Origin: a virus
IMG/VR virus record: IMGVR_UViG_3300006310_000773
Length of the DNA: 64,000 bases
Strand: one strand, 5' to 3'
In this document: one piece after another, positions 10,250 to 20,247 of the stretch
How positions within the stretch are numbered: position 1 is the first letter of the stretch
How the letters are laid out: the number at the start of each line of letters is the position of its first letter
Notes under the pieces: model-generated
What the model was told of the DNA's origin: nothing
The model's database searches: none
What the model saw: only the letters and a program-made list of their open reading frames with translations
Made by a program: the position numbers and the translations under genes

Positions 10250-11171
10250 CAGACATTACTTCCGTTAAACATGCTACCATATTTAATTCTTGGTCTGCGA
10301 CAAAAGCCGCCTTATATTGATAATCAGCAAGTGATAGTATAATTGAAGGTAATGAAGTTTCAACTGCTGTAAGACTCAATGCGTCATATAATTTTTTAAA
10401 AATCTTTGTAGAATCATTATCTAAATTTTCAGTAACCCACCTTCTCATATCATTAAACTTTTTCTGTTTCAACATTCCTAATAAATTATCTATTGACTGA
10501 TCAGAAATTGATGAAAGAATTCCAACATCAATTTTACCAGAAGAACCATACCGCTGAAGTTCATTCAAAACTCTGCGGAAATCTGGAAAAAATTTATTAA
10601 TTAATTCAGCAACAACCTTCTCTTCAAATTCAATATTTTCTTTTTGTAAAATAGAAACAATTCTTTTAAAAAAATCTGATGCAATGGTTGGAGAATCCTT
10701 TTTACTAATTTTATAATCAATAACCGCACATCTTGAATGTATTGGTTCAATAATTCTATTTTTAAAGTTGCAAGTAAAAATGAAAGAACAATTAGAAGAA
10801 AATCTTTCTATAAATCCTCTCATAGCAGGTTGAGTTGATGCGGGATTAAGATAATCCGCCTCATCAATTATAACAACTTTTCTTCCTCCCGTCATAGAAA
10901 CAGAAGAACAATATTGGTCTAATTTAGACCTTAAAAGATCAATTCCAGATTCTTCAGAACCATTAATAATAATATAATCAGATTCGGTTTCTCTACATAA
11001 TGCAATTGCGGAAGTTGTTTTACCAACTCCTGCTCCACCAGAAAGCAAAAGATTTGGCACATGATTATTATCCACAAATTCTTGTAAAGAAGTTTTAATG
11101 CCATTGGGGAGAATACAGTCTTGTATTTTCTGAGGACGGTATTTTTCTACCCAAAGAATATCTTTATTCAT
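10233..11171 (-). CDS. g44: Clamp loader large subunit gp44
   Basis: LWVEKYRP, GAGVGKT, IIDEAD, SRC motifs. Confidence 0.96.
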   Translation of the reverse strand: MNKDILWVEKYRPQKIQDCILPNGIKTSLQEFVDNNHVPNLLLSGGAGVGKTTSAIALCRETESDYIIINGSEESGIDLLRSKLDQYCSSVSMTGGRKVVIIDEADYLNPASTQPAMRGFIERFSSNCSFIFTCNFKNRIIEPIHSRCAVIDYKISKKDSPTIASDFFKRIVSILQKENIEFEEKVVAELINKFFPDFRRVLNELQRYGSSGKIDVGILSSISDQSIDNLLGMLKQKKFNDMRRWVTENLDNDSTKIFKKLYDALSLTAVETSLPSIILSLADYQYKAAFVADQELNMVACLTEVMSDVEFK

Positions 11172-11362
11172 TTACCAACTTTTGTTTCAGTAATTTCTAT
11201 AAATTCTAACGTTTTATTTTCTTTCACAATTTCAGCTTCAGCAGTAGCTTCTTTTTTTGTTTTAAATACTCTAGTTAACGTCATTTTTGTTCCAACTCTT
11301 CTAAAAACTATATTAAAAAGTTTGGTTTGTTTTTGTGTCTTTTTCTTTTTCTTTGCAGCCAC
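11168..11362 (-). CDS. Small basic hypothetical protein
   Basis: GTG start with AGGAGG SD; fills the g45-g44 gap and overlaps the g44 start. Confidence 0.55.
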   Translation of the reverse strand: MAAKKKKKTQKQTKLFNIVFRRVGTKMTLTRVFKTKKEATAEAEIVKENKTLEFIEITETKVGK

Positions 11363-11370
11363 GATGCCTC

Positions 11371-12033
11371 CTAATTAAATTTTGAAGAAGATTCAGTAGC
11401 AATCCAATACTGAATATTTACTCCCTTTGCTTTAAAATGTGCAATACCTCTTGAAGAGATTTGAACATCATAATCATCTCTCATTAATTTTATGTTTTCA
11501 TGTTTGAAAACAACTTGAAAAGTTTTATCTGTCGTACCAACTTCAATTCCCAACTCATCCGTTGAAGAATTGTTAACATCCATTACAGTAAGTTCCATTT
11601 TAGAACCATTTCCAATCACACCAACTTCAGGAAGATGTAAAACTGCAGACGCTCTCATAAGAGAATCTAAATCAACTTGAGTTAAGGTAAATTTGATTTC
11701 AGCTTCCGGAAATTCAATCTGTTTTTCAGGTGGGGCTACAAACATTGATGGATCAGCATATACGTACTTCACTCTCTTGTTACCCTCAATTATTTTAACA
11801 TGATCAGAATTAAAATCAAAAGTCGCTTTATTGAACATTGCTAAAGTTCCAAGAAACTTATTCAATTCATAAACAGCGAAATCTTTAGGAAATTCTTCAG
11901 TAACTTCTGCTTGTGCGAGAATATTTTTTTGAGGGGAGACTGTTTTGAGAATTTTTCCTTGTTTAAATGCAAGAGATTGATTAATCTCAGAAAAATTCTT
12001 TAATATATTTTGTGTTTCGGTAGATAATTCCAT
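11371..12033 (-). CDS. g45: Sliding clamp gp45
   Basis: MELSTETQNILKNFSEINQS, FAVYELNKFL, YWIATE. Confidence 0.95.
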   Translation of the reverse strand: MELSTETQNILKNFSEINQSLAFKQGKILKTVSPQKNILAQAEVTEEFPKDFAVYELNKFLGTLAMFNKATFDFNSDHVKIIEGNKRVKYVYADPSMFVAPPEKQIEFPEAEIKFTLTQVDLDSLMRASAVLHLPEVGVIGNGSKMELTVMDVNNSSTDELGIEVGTTDKTFQVVFKHENIKLMRDDYDVQISSRGIAHFKAKGVNIQYWIATESSSKFN

Positions 12034-12069
12034 AATATTTCATCCTATTAAATTATTGTTTAAACTTAT

Positions 12070-12098
12070 ATTCTATCATTAGATTTCTAATATGTCAA
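12070..12098 (-). promoter_or_regulatory. Sigma70-type promoter for g45
   Basis: TTGACA-17-TAGAAT. Confidence 0.75.
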
Positions 12099-12106
12099 GT
12101 TATAAT

Positions 12107-13060
12107 TTATTTTATTCTCCTTTTGGGAGATTTTTTTCTATTTTTATTTGACAGTTTACCAAGTTTCTCTTTTCTTTCTTCATGAAATGGTCTGGTTTCT
12201 AAATCCATTCCATGAGACGCATATTGTAATTTTCCAAGATCTTTCATTGTACCATGAAAAACATAATGTCCAACATGCTGTATTTCCATCCAAGGGCATA
12301 ACCAAGTTGATATACCAATCTTTCTAACCATTTGACAAAACATATAATCTTCTGAAAGATAGCGATCTGTTTTATTTGAACTACCTCCAGGCATCCATTG
12401 ATCATTATCTATGATAGTATCAAAATATGCATGAATATATCTATCTCCTGAAAAATGTTCTGTTCTATTATGATCTGGTTTATAACTAAGTTCTGGATAA
12501 GCCTTTCTATATTTTTCAAATACAGAACGATGTATCATCATAAATCCTGTTCCAACTTCCAAAACTTCTAATGGTTCATCTAATTTTATCTTTCCATCTT
12601 TGGTAGTTCCTGCAGGATTAAATACGAAATCTCCTGTATATTTTTCTAAGTCCATTGGGGTCGCATCACCCAAACCTCTATCAACTGCGTTACGAACTTT
12701 CTCCCAAGCAATTGTTTTTTTAGGATATGGCCCGCCAACAATTGATTTTTCTTTTCCATCACATAAAACTGCAAGAGAAATTAAATCTTCAGGATTAAAA
12801 GCGATATCAGAATCAATAAACATTAAATGTGTATATTGTTCAGCTCTCAAAAATTCATCAACTAGATAATTTCTTGCTCTGGTAACTAAAGATTCATTAA
12901 ACAAATAAAAAAACTTTAAATCCATACCATATTTTGTAGCAAGCGTAACAGTATCTATAGCAGATCTTGTGTACATTCCTGAACACATTCCACCATACAT
13001 AGGAGTTGCTACAAAGACGCGCTTTTTTCTTAACTCTTCAACTTGTATTTTTATTTCCAT
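12107..13060 (-). CDS. GT-A fold glycosyltransferase-like protein
   Basis: VATPMYGG, ESLVTRARN, FIDSD (DxD), GTGFMMI, LSEDY. Confidence 0.75.
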   Translation of the reverse strand: MEIKIQVEELRKKRVFVATPMYGGMCSGMYTRSAIDTVTLATKYGMDLKFFYLFNESLVTRARNYLVDEFLRAEQYTHLMFIDSDIAFNPEDLISLAVLCDGKEKSIVGGPYPKKTIAWEKVRNAVDRGLGDATPMDLEKYTGDFVFNPAGTTKDGKIKLDEPLEVLEVGTGFMMIHRSVFEKYRKAYPELSYKPDHNRTEHFSGDRYIHAYFDTIIDNDQWMPGGSSNKTDRYLSEDYMFCQMVRKIGISTWLCPWMEIQHVGHYVFHGTMKDLGKLQYASHGMDLETRPFHEERKEKLGKLSNKNRKKSPKRRIK

Positions 13061-13082
13061 AGGCCACTTTCACTTGAGCATT

Positions 13083-13114
13083 AAAAAGAGTGACAATTTA
13101 ACTTATCACTCTTT
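13083..13114 (-). terminator. Intrinsic terminator after cobS-like gene
   Basis: AAAGAGTGA...TCACTCTTT inverted repeat with a U-tract on the minus strand. Confidence 0.6.
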
Positions 13115-13119
13115 ATTTA

Positions 13120-14307
13120 TTACCATGCTTTCAGATTATCATCTTCTGCTGAAATATTATCATGGTCAGATTCAGAAAGATCTCTTTCGGGTTCCGCTGA
13201 TACATCAGCATCGACTTTAGTATAAAGATCTCTAAATGATATTTTTGTTTCATCATCAAATCTATTAATACAAAGATCAATAGACTGTAACCGGTCACCA
13301 AAAATCGAATACGCTTGACAAATATGTGCCAGACGTCGTGTTGCGATAATTTCATCACATCCACCATCATAAAAGGTCTTACGAATAATATCAGACCAAT
13401 TTACAAGTTTGTTCGCAAAATCTTGATCAGGACATCCAAGTGAACTCAAAAGTTTATTGACAATATTTTTCTCAATAGCGATTGAAGGATATTCCTGTTC
13501 AACTGTGATTGGAAAACGCTCAAGAAACGCCTCATTCATAATGTTGGTTCCAATGAATCTTCCATCTTCACTTCCCTTACCTTTAGTATTGGCAGTTGCT
13601 ACAACAGTAAATCCGTGTGAAGGTTTTACCCAGCGATTTACTTTTTTCAAATAAACGCCTTTACCCTCAAGTACAGGTTGAATACATGCAATCTTCATAG
13701 TCGCATAATCAATCTCATCCAAAAGTAATACCGCACCACGTTCCATTGCTTTTACTACAGGACCATCTTCCCAAACAGTTTCACCATTCACTAAAGTATA
13801 ATGCCCAAGTAAATCATCTTCATCAGTTTCAGAAGTGATATTAATTCTGAAAAGTTCTCTTTTCAATTCTGCTGAAACTTGCTCAACCATTAAGGTTTTA
13901 CCATTTCCAGAAAGTCCTTGAACCCAAACCGGATAAAATTTTCCAGATTTGACAATTCTCGCAAGTTGCTTATAAAATCCAAATTTTACATAATTTGGAT
14001 CTTTTTCAGGAACATAAATTGGAGTGTTATCAATCACAACTTTTTTCTCAACATTAACTGGTACAGGTTCCAATGTTACCTCGGGGGTTATTGGAACAAC
14101 TTGAGCCAAACTCGGCCCATCAAAATTTGGAACCTGAAACTGGTTCCTAGCAACTCGATAGTTTGGATTTACAAACCATGTTGCTGTTTTTCGACCCATC
14201 TCTTTTGAAAGTTCAAGAGCCTCAACTTTGGAAAGTACATTCCTTCCATATTTTTCTTGAGCCTTCTTAAAAAATTCTATTTGGTGGTCTTTATATGTAT
14301 TCATCAT
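13120..14307 (-). CDS. cobS: CobS-like MoxR AAA+ ATPase
   Basis: GLSGNGKT, LLLDEID, TANTKGKGSEDGRFIGTN, EAFLERF. Confidence 0.9.
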   Translation of the reverse strand: MMNTYKDHQIEFFKKAQEKYGRNVLSKVEALELSKEMGRKTATWFVNPNYRVARNQFQVPNFDGPSLAQVVPITPEVTLEPVPVNVEKKVVIDNTPIYVPEKDPNYVKFGFYKQLARIVKSGKFYPVWVQGLSGNGKTLMVEQVSAELKRELFRINITSETDEDDLLGHYTLVNGETVWEDGPVVKAMERGAVLLLDEIDYATMKIACIQPVLEGKGVYLKKVNRWVKPSHGFTVVATANTKGKGSEDGRFIGTNIMNEAFLERFPITVEQEYPSIAIEKNIVNKLLSSLGCPDQDFANKLVNWSDIIRKTFYDGGCDEIIATRRLAHICQAYSIFGDRLQSIDLCINRFDDETKISFRDLYTKVDADVSAEPERDLSESDHDNISAEDDNLKAW

Positions 14308-14359
14308 ATCCTCATTATATATTGGTTAACTTTCTCTACTCAATCTCAATTACACTTAT

Positions 14360-14388
14360 ATTATACCAGGTTTCAGGCACAATGTCAA
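14360..14388 (-). promoter_or_regulatory. Consensus sigma70 (early) promoter, repeat copy 1
   Basis: TTGACA-TTGTGCCTGAAACCTGG-TATAAT. Confidence 0.9.
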
Positions 14389-14393
14389 GTTTT

Positions 14394-16763
14394 TTATGCC
14401 GCAATCATATCAATCATTTTATTTAAAATGACTCGATTGGTCAGCTTCCCACCAACCATCTTCTTAAACGCAGTTCTAATTTGTCCTTTAGAAGATTCTG
14501 CGGTTAAATTATCCAGATTTGCATCTTCAACATCTGACATCTTATTAGTATTGATGTAATATCTTTCATCATATCCTGAATCATTTTTCATCGCGATACT
14601 TCCATTCTTTTTCCATTCTTTTTCCATGTTCTGCATCGCATCCCATTCAAATTGATATCTTCCACGCTGCTTAAACCACTTACGGTCTGCCAAAAAGAAT
14701 CCAATTACATTAACTCCAGTTGCTTCTCGAAGAAGATTCAAATAATCAGAAGTTCTTCCTGAACCAATATCTACTTGTTTTCCATTCGCACATTTTATAA
14801 AAACTCTTGCTCCACTACCATAATGCTTTTCCTTTGGTTTTAATGGATAAAAATTCACAGACACGAGGGACATATCTTTTTCTTCTCGAATAAGACGACT
14901 ATTACATCTACGAGATTCTCCATCAGTCAAATATACAGTATTGACAATCTCCGCTCCCGTACGCTTTTTAAATTCTGGAACAATTGTTAATGAAGTCAAA
15001 ATTGCTTCGTCTAATGGTGTTCCTCCAAGATGATAACCTTCAGGAGTTTGCAACCACTTTTTTTCTCTTGAATATGAATAACGATATACAATCGAATGAC
15101 CGAGACCAAGAAAATATTTTGCACCTTTTTGAAATTCTCTCTTATTCATTCGACTTGAAAGAAGATTTAAAAGTCTAAAATTTCCAATAGATTGTACATT
15201 TTCTCCAGCATTACGAATTTTATCTTCCCATCTTTCATCTTTTAAATTTTTATTAAAAGCCATAGAAGAACTATCAGTAAATGCATAAACTTCAAAAGAA
15301 ATCTGAACCTTTTCACAAAATGCCGCAAGAACTAAACATTGTTCAACAGTTTCAAAAATGTTCTGATGCATAGAACCAGACCAATCAATGAAAAGAAGTA
15401 GTCCATGACTTTTTCCATCAGGAACTACTGTCATCTTCTTAAAAATATCTTCACTATAGCGATACTTAAACAAAGTTCCAGAATCAATAACTCCCGTCTT
15501 CGCTGTAAGAGAGCGGGAATGCTGAGTTGCCGCTTTCTTCATTTCAAATTCTTTTGCCAAATAATTAATAACTTTCTGATGTTTTTTTCTAAATTCAGAC
15601 CAAAGGTCATTAAAAATATCAAAAGTAGGGCCGGAAGTTACTCCCCAACCAAGTCCGGCTTTCGAACCACCACTTCTTTCATACTCATCATATTCTTCTC
15701 CATATCCCCAAGAACCGCCACTCTTCGCAGTTACTTCTTCGATGTCTTTAAAAACTCTTTTGTAATCAACAACAAAATGATCTAAATTAGCTTTTGCTGC
15801 TTCCAAATAAAGATAAGATGTTTTTTCATTGTCTTCAGTATTTTCTAACAAATCATCTTGACGCTTCTGCCATTCATTATCAGTAAAAGAAGAAGGTTCA
15901 AATTCATCTCCAGGATGACCAGTTCCACCTTCTAATCCAGAAGACATTTTAGTTTCTTTTGATTTTTCTTTTTCTTCTTCTGATTCAGAATCGGAATCAC
16001 TTGATCCATTTTCTTCTTTTTCTTCATCTTCTTTTTCAGAATTTTCACAATTATCTACAGGAGAATCACAATCTGATTCTTCACTATTTGATTCATCATT
16101 TTCTTCTCCGCCATCATCTTCGGGTGGAGTCATTAATGGTTCTTCATTAGATTCCATTTCTTCTGACATTTGACTATATTCTTGATGCTTATCAGTTTCA
16201 GATTCATTGGATTTCGCATAATTCCAAAGAGCCTCAACAGCTTCCAAAACTTCTTCAAATGTTTCGGTTTCTTCTACCATTCTAACATATTCACGTTCTT
16301 CTTCTGAAAATTGTATATTCAATGCGGAACCAAGTTTGGTATGAAGATTAATTTTATCAATCAAAGGCAATGTATCAATATCATACCCATGAATACCAAA
16401 AAAATTTTCTTGAAGGAGTTTCCCATATCCTTGAATCATTTGTTTTCCTGCTCCAGGAAATTTTCTCTTAATCTTCTTTTCAATACGGGCATCTTCTACA
16501 ATATTGATAAAAGACCTATATCCCTTACCTCTATCACAAGGAGCTTGGTGCCATCCATCTTCAGGGGTATATCTCGCATGACCAACTTCATGTGAACACA
16601 TCAAGTCATATACAGGACCATCCATCCATTTATATACTGGAAGAAGAAGAGTTCTATTTTTCAGATCAAACATGGCGGTTTGATAATTACCATGTTGAAC
16701 ATCTAAGTTCTCTTCTGCCATCAATTTGGCAACCATTGATTTTGTTTCTCTTAAATCTGACAT
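14394..16763 (-). CDS. CobT-like protein (metallopeptidase-like N-terminus, acidic linker, vWA domain)
   Basis: HEVGH...NIVEDARIE; MIDAS DWSGSM, GGTP, LTDGE; partner of cobS. Confidence 0.85.
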   Translation of the reverse strand: MSDLRETKSMVAKLMAEENLDVQHGNYQTAMFDLKNRTLLLPVYKWMDGPVYDLMCSHEVGHARYTPEDGWHQAPCDRGKGYRSFINIVEDARIEKKIKRKFPGAGKQMIQGYGKLLQENFFGIHGYDIDTLPLIDKINLHTKLGSALNIQFSEEEREYVRMVEETETFEEVLEAVEALWNYAKSNESETDKHQEYSQMSEEMESNEEPLMTPPEDDGGEENDESNSEESDCDSPVDNCENSEKEDEEKEENGSSDSDSESEEEKEKSKETKMSSGLEGGTGHPGDEFEPSSFTDNEWQKRQDDLLENTEDNEKTSYLYLEAAKANLDHFVVDYKRVFKDIEEVTAKSGGSWGYGEEYDEYERSGGSKAGLGWGVTSGPTFDIFNDLWSEFRKKHQKVINYLAKEFEMKKAATQHSRSLTAKTGVIDSGTLFKYRYSEDIFKKMTVVPDGKSHGLLLFIDWSGSMHQNIFETVEQCLVLAAFCEKVQISFEVYAFTDSSSMAFNKNLKDERWEDKIRNAGENVQSIGNFRLLNLLSSRMNKREFQKGAKYFLGLGHSIVYRYSYSREKKWLQTPEGYHLGGTPLDEAILTSLTIVPEFKKRTGAEIVNTVYLTDGESRRCNSRLIREEKDMSLVSVNFYPLKPKEKHYGSGARVFIKCANGKQVDIGSGRTSDYLNLLREATGVNVIGFFLADRKWFKQRGRYQFEWDAMQNMEKEWKKNGSIAMKNDSGYDERYYINTNKMSDVEDANLDNLTAESSKGQIRTAFKKMVGGKLTNRVILNKMIDMIAA

Positions 16764-16810
16764 AATTTATATCTTTTAGGGTTATCTCTCATTTCTCATT
16801 ATCTAGTTAT

Positions 16811-16839
16811 ATTATATCAGGTTTCAGGCACAATGTCAA
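16811..16839 (-). promoter_or_regulatory. Consensus sigma70 (early) promoter, repeat copy 2
   Basis: TTGACA-TTGTGCCTGAAACCTGA-TATAAT, near-identical to 14360-14388. Confidence 0.9.
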
Positions 16840-16859
16840 GTTTTTTAATCGAATATTAT

Positions 16860-18200
16860 TTACCATAAAGGTTGTTGTTGTCTTTTTTTATTCTTAGATA
16901 AAGCCTTACCTAATCCATAATCTTCTTGAGAACCTGACCGCCTCACATCTAATGTAACACAATGCCAACCGGCGTCCCAAAAAAATCTATGCCTGTTAGG
17001 TACTACTACTGGTTCAATTCCAACCGCTTTAAACTGTTTAAATAATTCTTTATTATAATTATTACATATCATCATTCCTTCGTTGACCATTAAAACATTT
17101 ACATCAAAGACAGTTTCTATCATCTCACCTACCCAATGATTTAAATAGGTATCAACAAATTCTTGAAAATGTTTATTTTTTTCTTCTCCTGGCAACCACC
17201 ATTTACCTTGATTTTGATATTTTATTTTTTGGAACTCCTCAGGTGTAGCTAAATCCTCAACAGTATCACATGCTCTAATTTCTGTCCAAGATTTAGGTAT
17301 AATTTCATCATAATATGTAACATGGAAAGATGACAAACACACTCCTGGTTTTAACATCGCAAAACAAGAATCATTATGTCCTCCAATATCAGAAGAAATA
17401 TAATTAAAGTTTGGATATTTTTCTTCCATCCAATCGATTATGTTTACTCTTTCACTAACGTCAACTATACAGTCTTTACCAATTCTTGTTAATTGGGGAG
17501 CACAAAACCCACCAACCTTCCAAAAACCCATCCCGTCCGCTTTAAATTTTTCAGAATTAACAATATCAGGATTATCTTGAAACCATTTTTCAATATATTG
17601 ATTTATTTCTCTTATGGGCCTATCATCAATATTGTCAGGAATATAAGCATGCTTTTGTAATGATAAGCATTTCTCAAAATATGTTGTTTCAAAATATTCA
17701 CAATAATTTTCAACTATATCTAAATTAACTTGATCACCATAAACTTTTTTAAACCATGCCATCCAAGGTCTAAAATTCCATTCATTACTAGTAAACAAAA
17801 TATCATTGCCTACAGTAACAATATCATCTCTTGGATTCAGTGGTGGTACAGGTAATAAATTTCTACCTTTTTCATATAGATGGACGCCTTCTTCCTTCTC
17901 ATTATATGGATTGGGTGTGGCTCCAGCAAAAAAACCTGCTTCACCTAATTCACTACAATAATCTAAAATATTATTCTTAAAACCTAATTCTACAGTTGAA
18001 GGTTTTTGACAAACAACTCCCATACTTTCTAAAGTAGATTTTAAATTTTGTAAATCTTCTTCAGTCTCAATAGCAATACGTTGTAAGCAATCTCTTATCT
18101 GAGTATTCTTAACGTCATTATAAAACTCTGGTGGAAACGCACTACCAATAACAATCTCTTCAAGCGGCTGAAATTCAGACCAGCTATTAACTTTATTCAT
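16860..18200 (-). CDS. Amidinotransferase (glycine/inosamine-phosphate amidinotransferase family)
   Basis: VNSWSEFQPLEEIVIG, PRD, GHNDSCF (His), FDVNVL, GWHCVTLDVRR (catalytic Cys). Confidence 0.85.
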   Translation of the reverse strand: MNKVNSWSEFQPLEEIVIGSAFPPEFYNDVKNTQIRDCLQRIAIETEEDLQNLKSTLESMGVVCQKPSTVELGFKNNILDYCSELGEAGFFAGATPNPYNEKEEGVHLYEKGRNLLPVPPLNPRDDIVTVGNDILFTSNEWNFRPWMAWFKKVYGDQVNLDIVENYCEYFETTYFEKCLSLQKHAYIPDNIDDRPIREINQYIEKWFQDNPDIVNSEKFKADGMGFWKVGGFCAPQLTRIGKDCIVDVSERVNIIDWMEEKYPNFNYISSDIGGHNDSCFAMLKPGVCLSSFHVTYYDEIIPKSWTEIRACDTVEDLATPEEFQKIKYQNQGKWWLPGEEKNKHFQEFVDTYLNHWVGEMIETVFDVNVLMVNEGMMICNNYNKELFKQFKAVGIEPVVVPNRHRFFWDAGWHCVTLDVRRSGSQEDYGLGKALSKNKKRQQQPLW

Positions 18201-18520
18201 GGATAATCCCTATATAAAAAATGTTGTATAGTTTCTACATCTACATACTTATTAAATCCTACATGACTGTGCTCAATGTTATCAACATCATTTAATATAT
18301 TTGTCATTGCATCATCTAATTGTTGTAGGTTATTAAATTCCATATCAATACGAAATTCAGGTAAGTCCATACTACGAAACCCCAACTTCATTCTCGTAAT
18401 TCTATATGTAACTAACTTTTCTTGTTTTACTAATGTGTCAAGAAACACTTTCATTTTCGAAACAAAAGACTTTGCATCAATGTCTTCGATATGATCAGCA
18501 TAAATAGTGTAAACATCCAT
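18197..18520 (-). CDS. Hypothetical protein (DUF6614-like)
   Basis: YRITRMKLGF...EFNNLQQLDDA...LYRDYP pattern. Confidence 0.55.
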   Translation of the reverse strand: MDVYTIYADHIEDIDAKSFVSKMKVFLDTLVKQEKLVTYRITRMKLGFRSMDLPEFRIDMEFNNLQQLDDAMTNILNDVDNIEHSHVGFNKYVDVETIQHFLYRDYP

Positions 18521-18540
18521 ATATTATATATTATTTTATT

Positions 18541-18999
18541 ATGTACTTTCGTCAAAAAATCGATTATTATTTTTGTAGGATTAATTTAAGTAAAACTAAT
18601 TATTCATTATATGAATCCGCACAAATCTTAAATCCCGTTCCAACAAATCAAATCTTAGAGATATACAATACCTACTGTAAATATAAAAACTTTAAAAGTG
18701 TCATGCCCCTTTTTGCGGAAGAATTGTTACATGATCATGTACAAATAATAGGATACTTTGATAATACCAATTTGGTTGCCTTTTCATATCTATACATGCT
18801 TAATAATAAAAATGTTGAATGTAATCAATTTGCATGGAACTATGAAAATCCAAAATTAAGTTTAGGTATTAAAAGTCTCAAACATGAATGTGCATTTTAT
18901 AAATCAAAAGGATATGAATATCTTTACTTGGGCGAAGATGATACATACAAACATCGAATAGATGGATTTGAAGCATTAGGTCCTATTGACGCCAATTAA
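18541..18999 (+). CDS. Aminoacyl-tRNA-protein transferase C-terminal (ATE/Bpt)-like GNAT protein
   Basis: LVAFS...PKLSLGIKSLKHE...GYEYLYLG..YK resembles ATE_C. Confidence 0.6.
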   Translation: MYFRQKIDYYFCRINLSKTNYSLYESAQILNPVPTNQILEIYNTYCKYKNFKSVMPLFAEELLHDHVQIIGYFDNTNLVAFSYLYMLNNKNVECNQFAWNYENPKLSLGIKSLKHECAFYKSKGYEYLYLGEDDTYKHRIDGFEALGPIDAN

Positions 19000-19459
19000 C
19001 TACATCTTCTAGATTTTGTTCACTCCAAACATCATAATATCCTTTACGTTTTAAACTCTCACTAAACATTTGTATGTTACTTAATTTTTGCTTAAAAACT
19101 AAAGGGTATTTGCCATTGTTCATTACAACCCCATTTATTTCTTCAATATCATCAGGATGGTCTTCCAGACAAACAATGTCTTTCGGCATTAAAAAAGAAT
19201 TTGCAAGCTTAACTTGTTCACTCAAATAATCACTAGTAACATTTGGTGTATGTATAATACACAAATCATAATTATTATCCCATTCTAATGAACACAAATT
19301 GTCCAACAAATTCGTATCAAATTCACACCATACAATTTTATTATCAATCACAGCCTGTCTAGCATATGGACAAGGTGGCCAGTTATTTAATCCACTATTA
19401 TTAACGCTAACAAATTCTTCTATCCACTTTAAGATATATTCTTTTACATCATGCATCAT
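18983..19459 (-). CDS. DUF1415-like hypothetical protein
   Basis: WIEEFV...PCPYARQA...DHPD...YPLV pattern. Confidence 0.55.
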   Translation of the reverse strand: MMHDVKEYILKWIEEFVSVNNSGLNNWPPCPYARQAVIDNKIVWCEFDTNLLDNLCSLEWDNNYDLCIIHTPNVTSDYLSEQVKLANSFLMPKDIVCLEDHPDDIEEINGVVMNNGKYPLVFKQKLSNIQMFSESLKRKGYYDVWSEQNLEDVVNWRQ

Positions 19460-20241
19460 TTAAAAAATTTATTTAAATTTGATTCGCTTCTATATTTAGC
19501 TATATTTTTCTTATTATATTCTAATTCTTTTGTTAAATCAAATGGCATTGTTTGAGTCTTTGCATATTTTGTTTCACCAGGAAGTTTTACTGTCCATTCC
19601 AAATCTGTATGTTTAGGATGATTCAATCCCCACACAACTGTTGATTTTTTCAAATATTTTCTATCTTTCTTAGTCATAGGATAAATGTATCTGAATTGCT
19701 TTCCTTTAACTCTACTCAATTTCAAATCCCTCAATTGTTCAAAATTGGGTCTATGACCATACTTCAAACCTTCTTTATTTGGTAGAATTCCTTGTAGAGT
19801 TCTTGGATGAACTTTCTCACCCCCTTCTGTAACATATGTATCTGTAATAGAAAATCCACCATACAGAAAGTTTGCAGCCTGATACACATATCCTGGCTTA
19901 CCTACGATTCCATCTGCCCATGTAAAAAGATATTTGATATCTGTATTTTCTCTTAACCACTTAACTGCCATTGACAACATTTGTGATTCACTATTTTTAG
20001 GCATAGAATCATCCATACACATTTTACCAATTTCATAATAATCTTTTGTGTTCAATTCTGGAAATAATGCTTGAATTGTATGTTTTGGTCTTGTGCCCCA
20101 ACCAAATGTGATCACACCTACTAATTCTTCTTCAACAAAACATCCAAGAAAATATTTTGTAAGTCTTGGCATTACTGCAGAATAATGTCTATCTGCGACA
20201 AATTCAGATGCAGTTATTTTGTGTAATTGTTTTAATAACAT
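19456..20241 (-). CDS. Mom-like DNA-modifying GNAT-fold protein (copy 2)
   Basis: RHYS, GVITFG, EIGKMC, PKNSESQMLS, TWAD..GKPGYVYQAANFLYGG. Confidence 0.72.
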   Translation of the reverse strand: MLLKQLHKITASEFVADRHYSAVMPRLTKYFLGCFVEEELVGVITFGWGTRPKHTIQALFPELNTKDYYEIGKMCMDDSMPKNSESQMLSMAVKWLRENTDIKYLFTWADGIVGKPGYVYQAANFLYGGFSITDTYVTEGGEKVHPRTLQGILPNKEGLKYGHRPNFEQLRDLKLSRVKGKQFRYIYPMTKKDRKYLKKSTVVWGLNHPKHTDLEWTVKLPGETKYAKTQTMPFDLTKELEYNKKNIAKYRSESNLNKFFK

Positions 20242-20247
20242 AATATA

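Noticed and set aside
15940-16180. Low-complexity TTC/TCT-rich tract as a repeat element
   Set aside because: It simply encodes the Glu/Asp/Ser-rich linker of the CobT-like protein.
13120-16763. Cobalamin biosynthesis (cobS/cobT)
   Set aside because: No cobN or other cob genes; this MoxR AAA+/vWA pair is common in marine T4-like phages and is more likely a chaperone.
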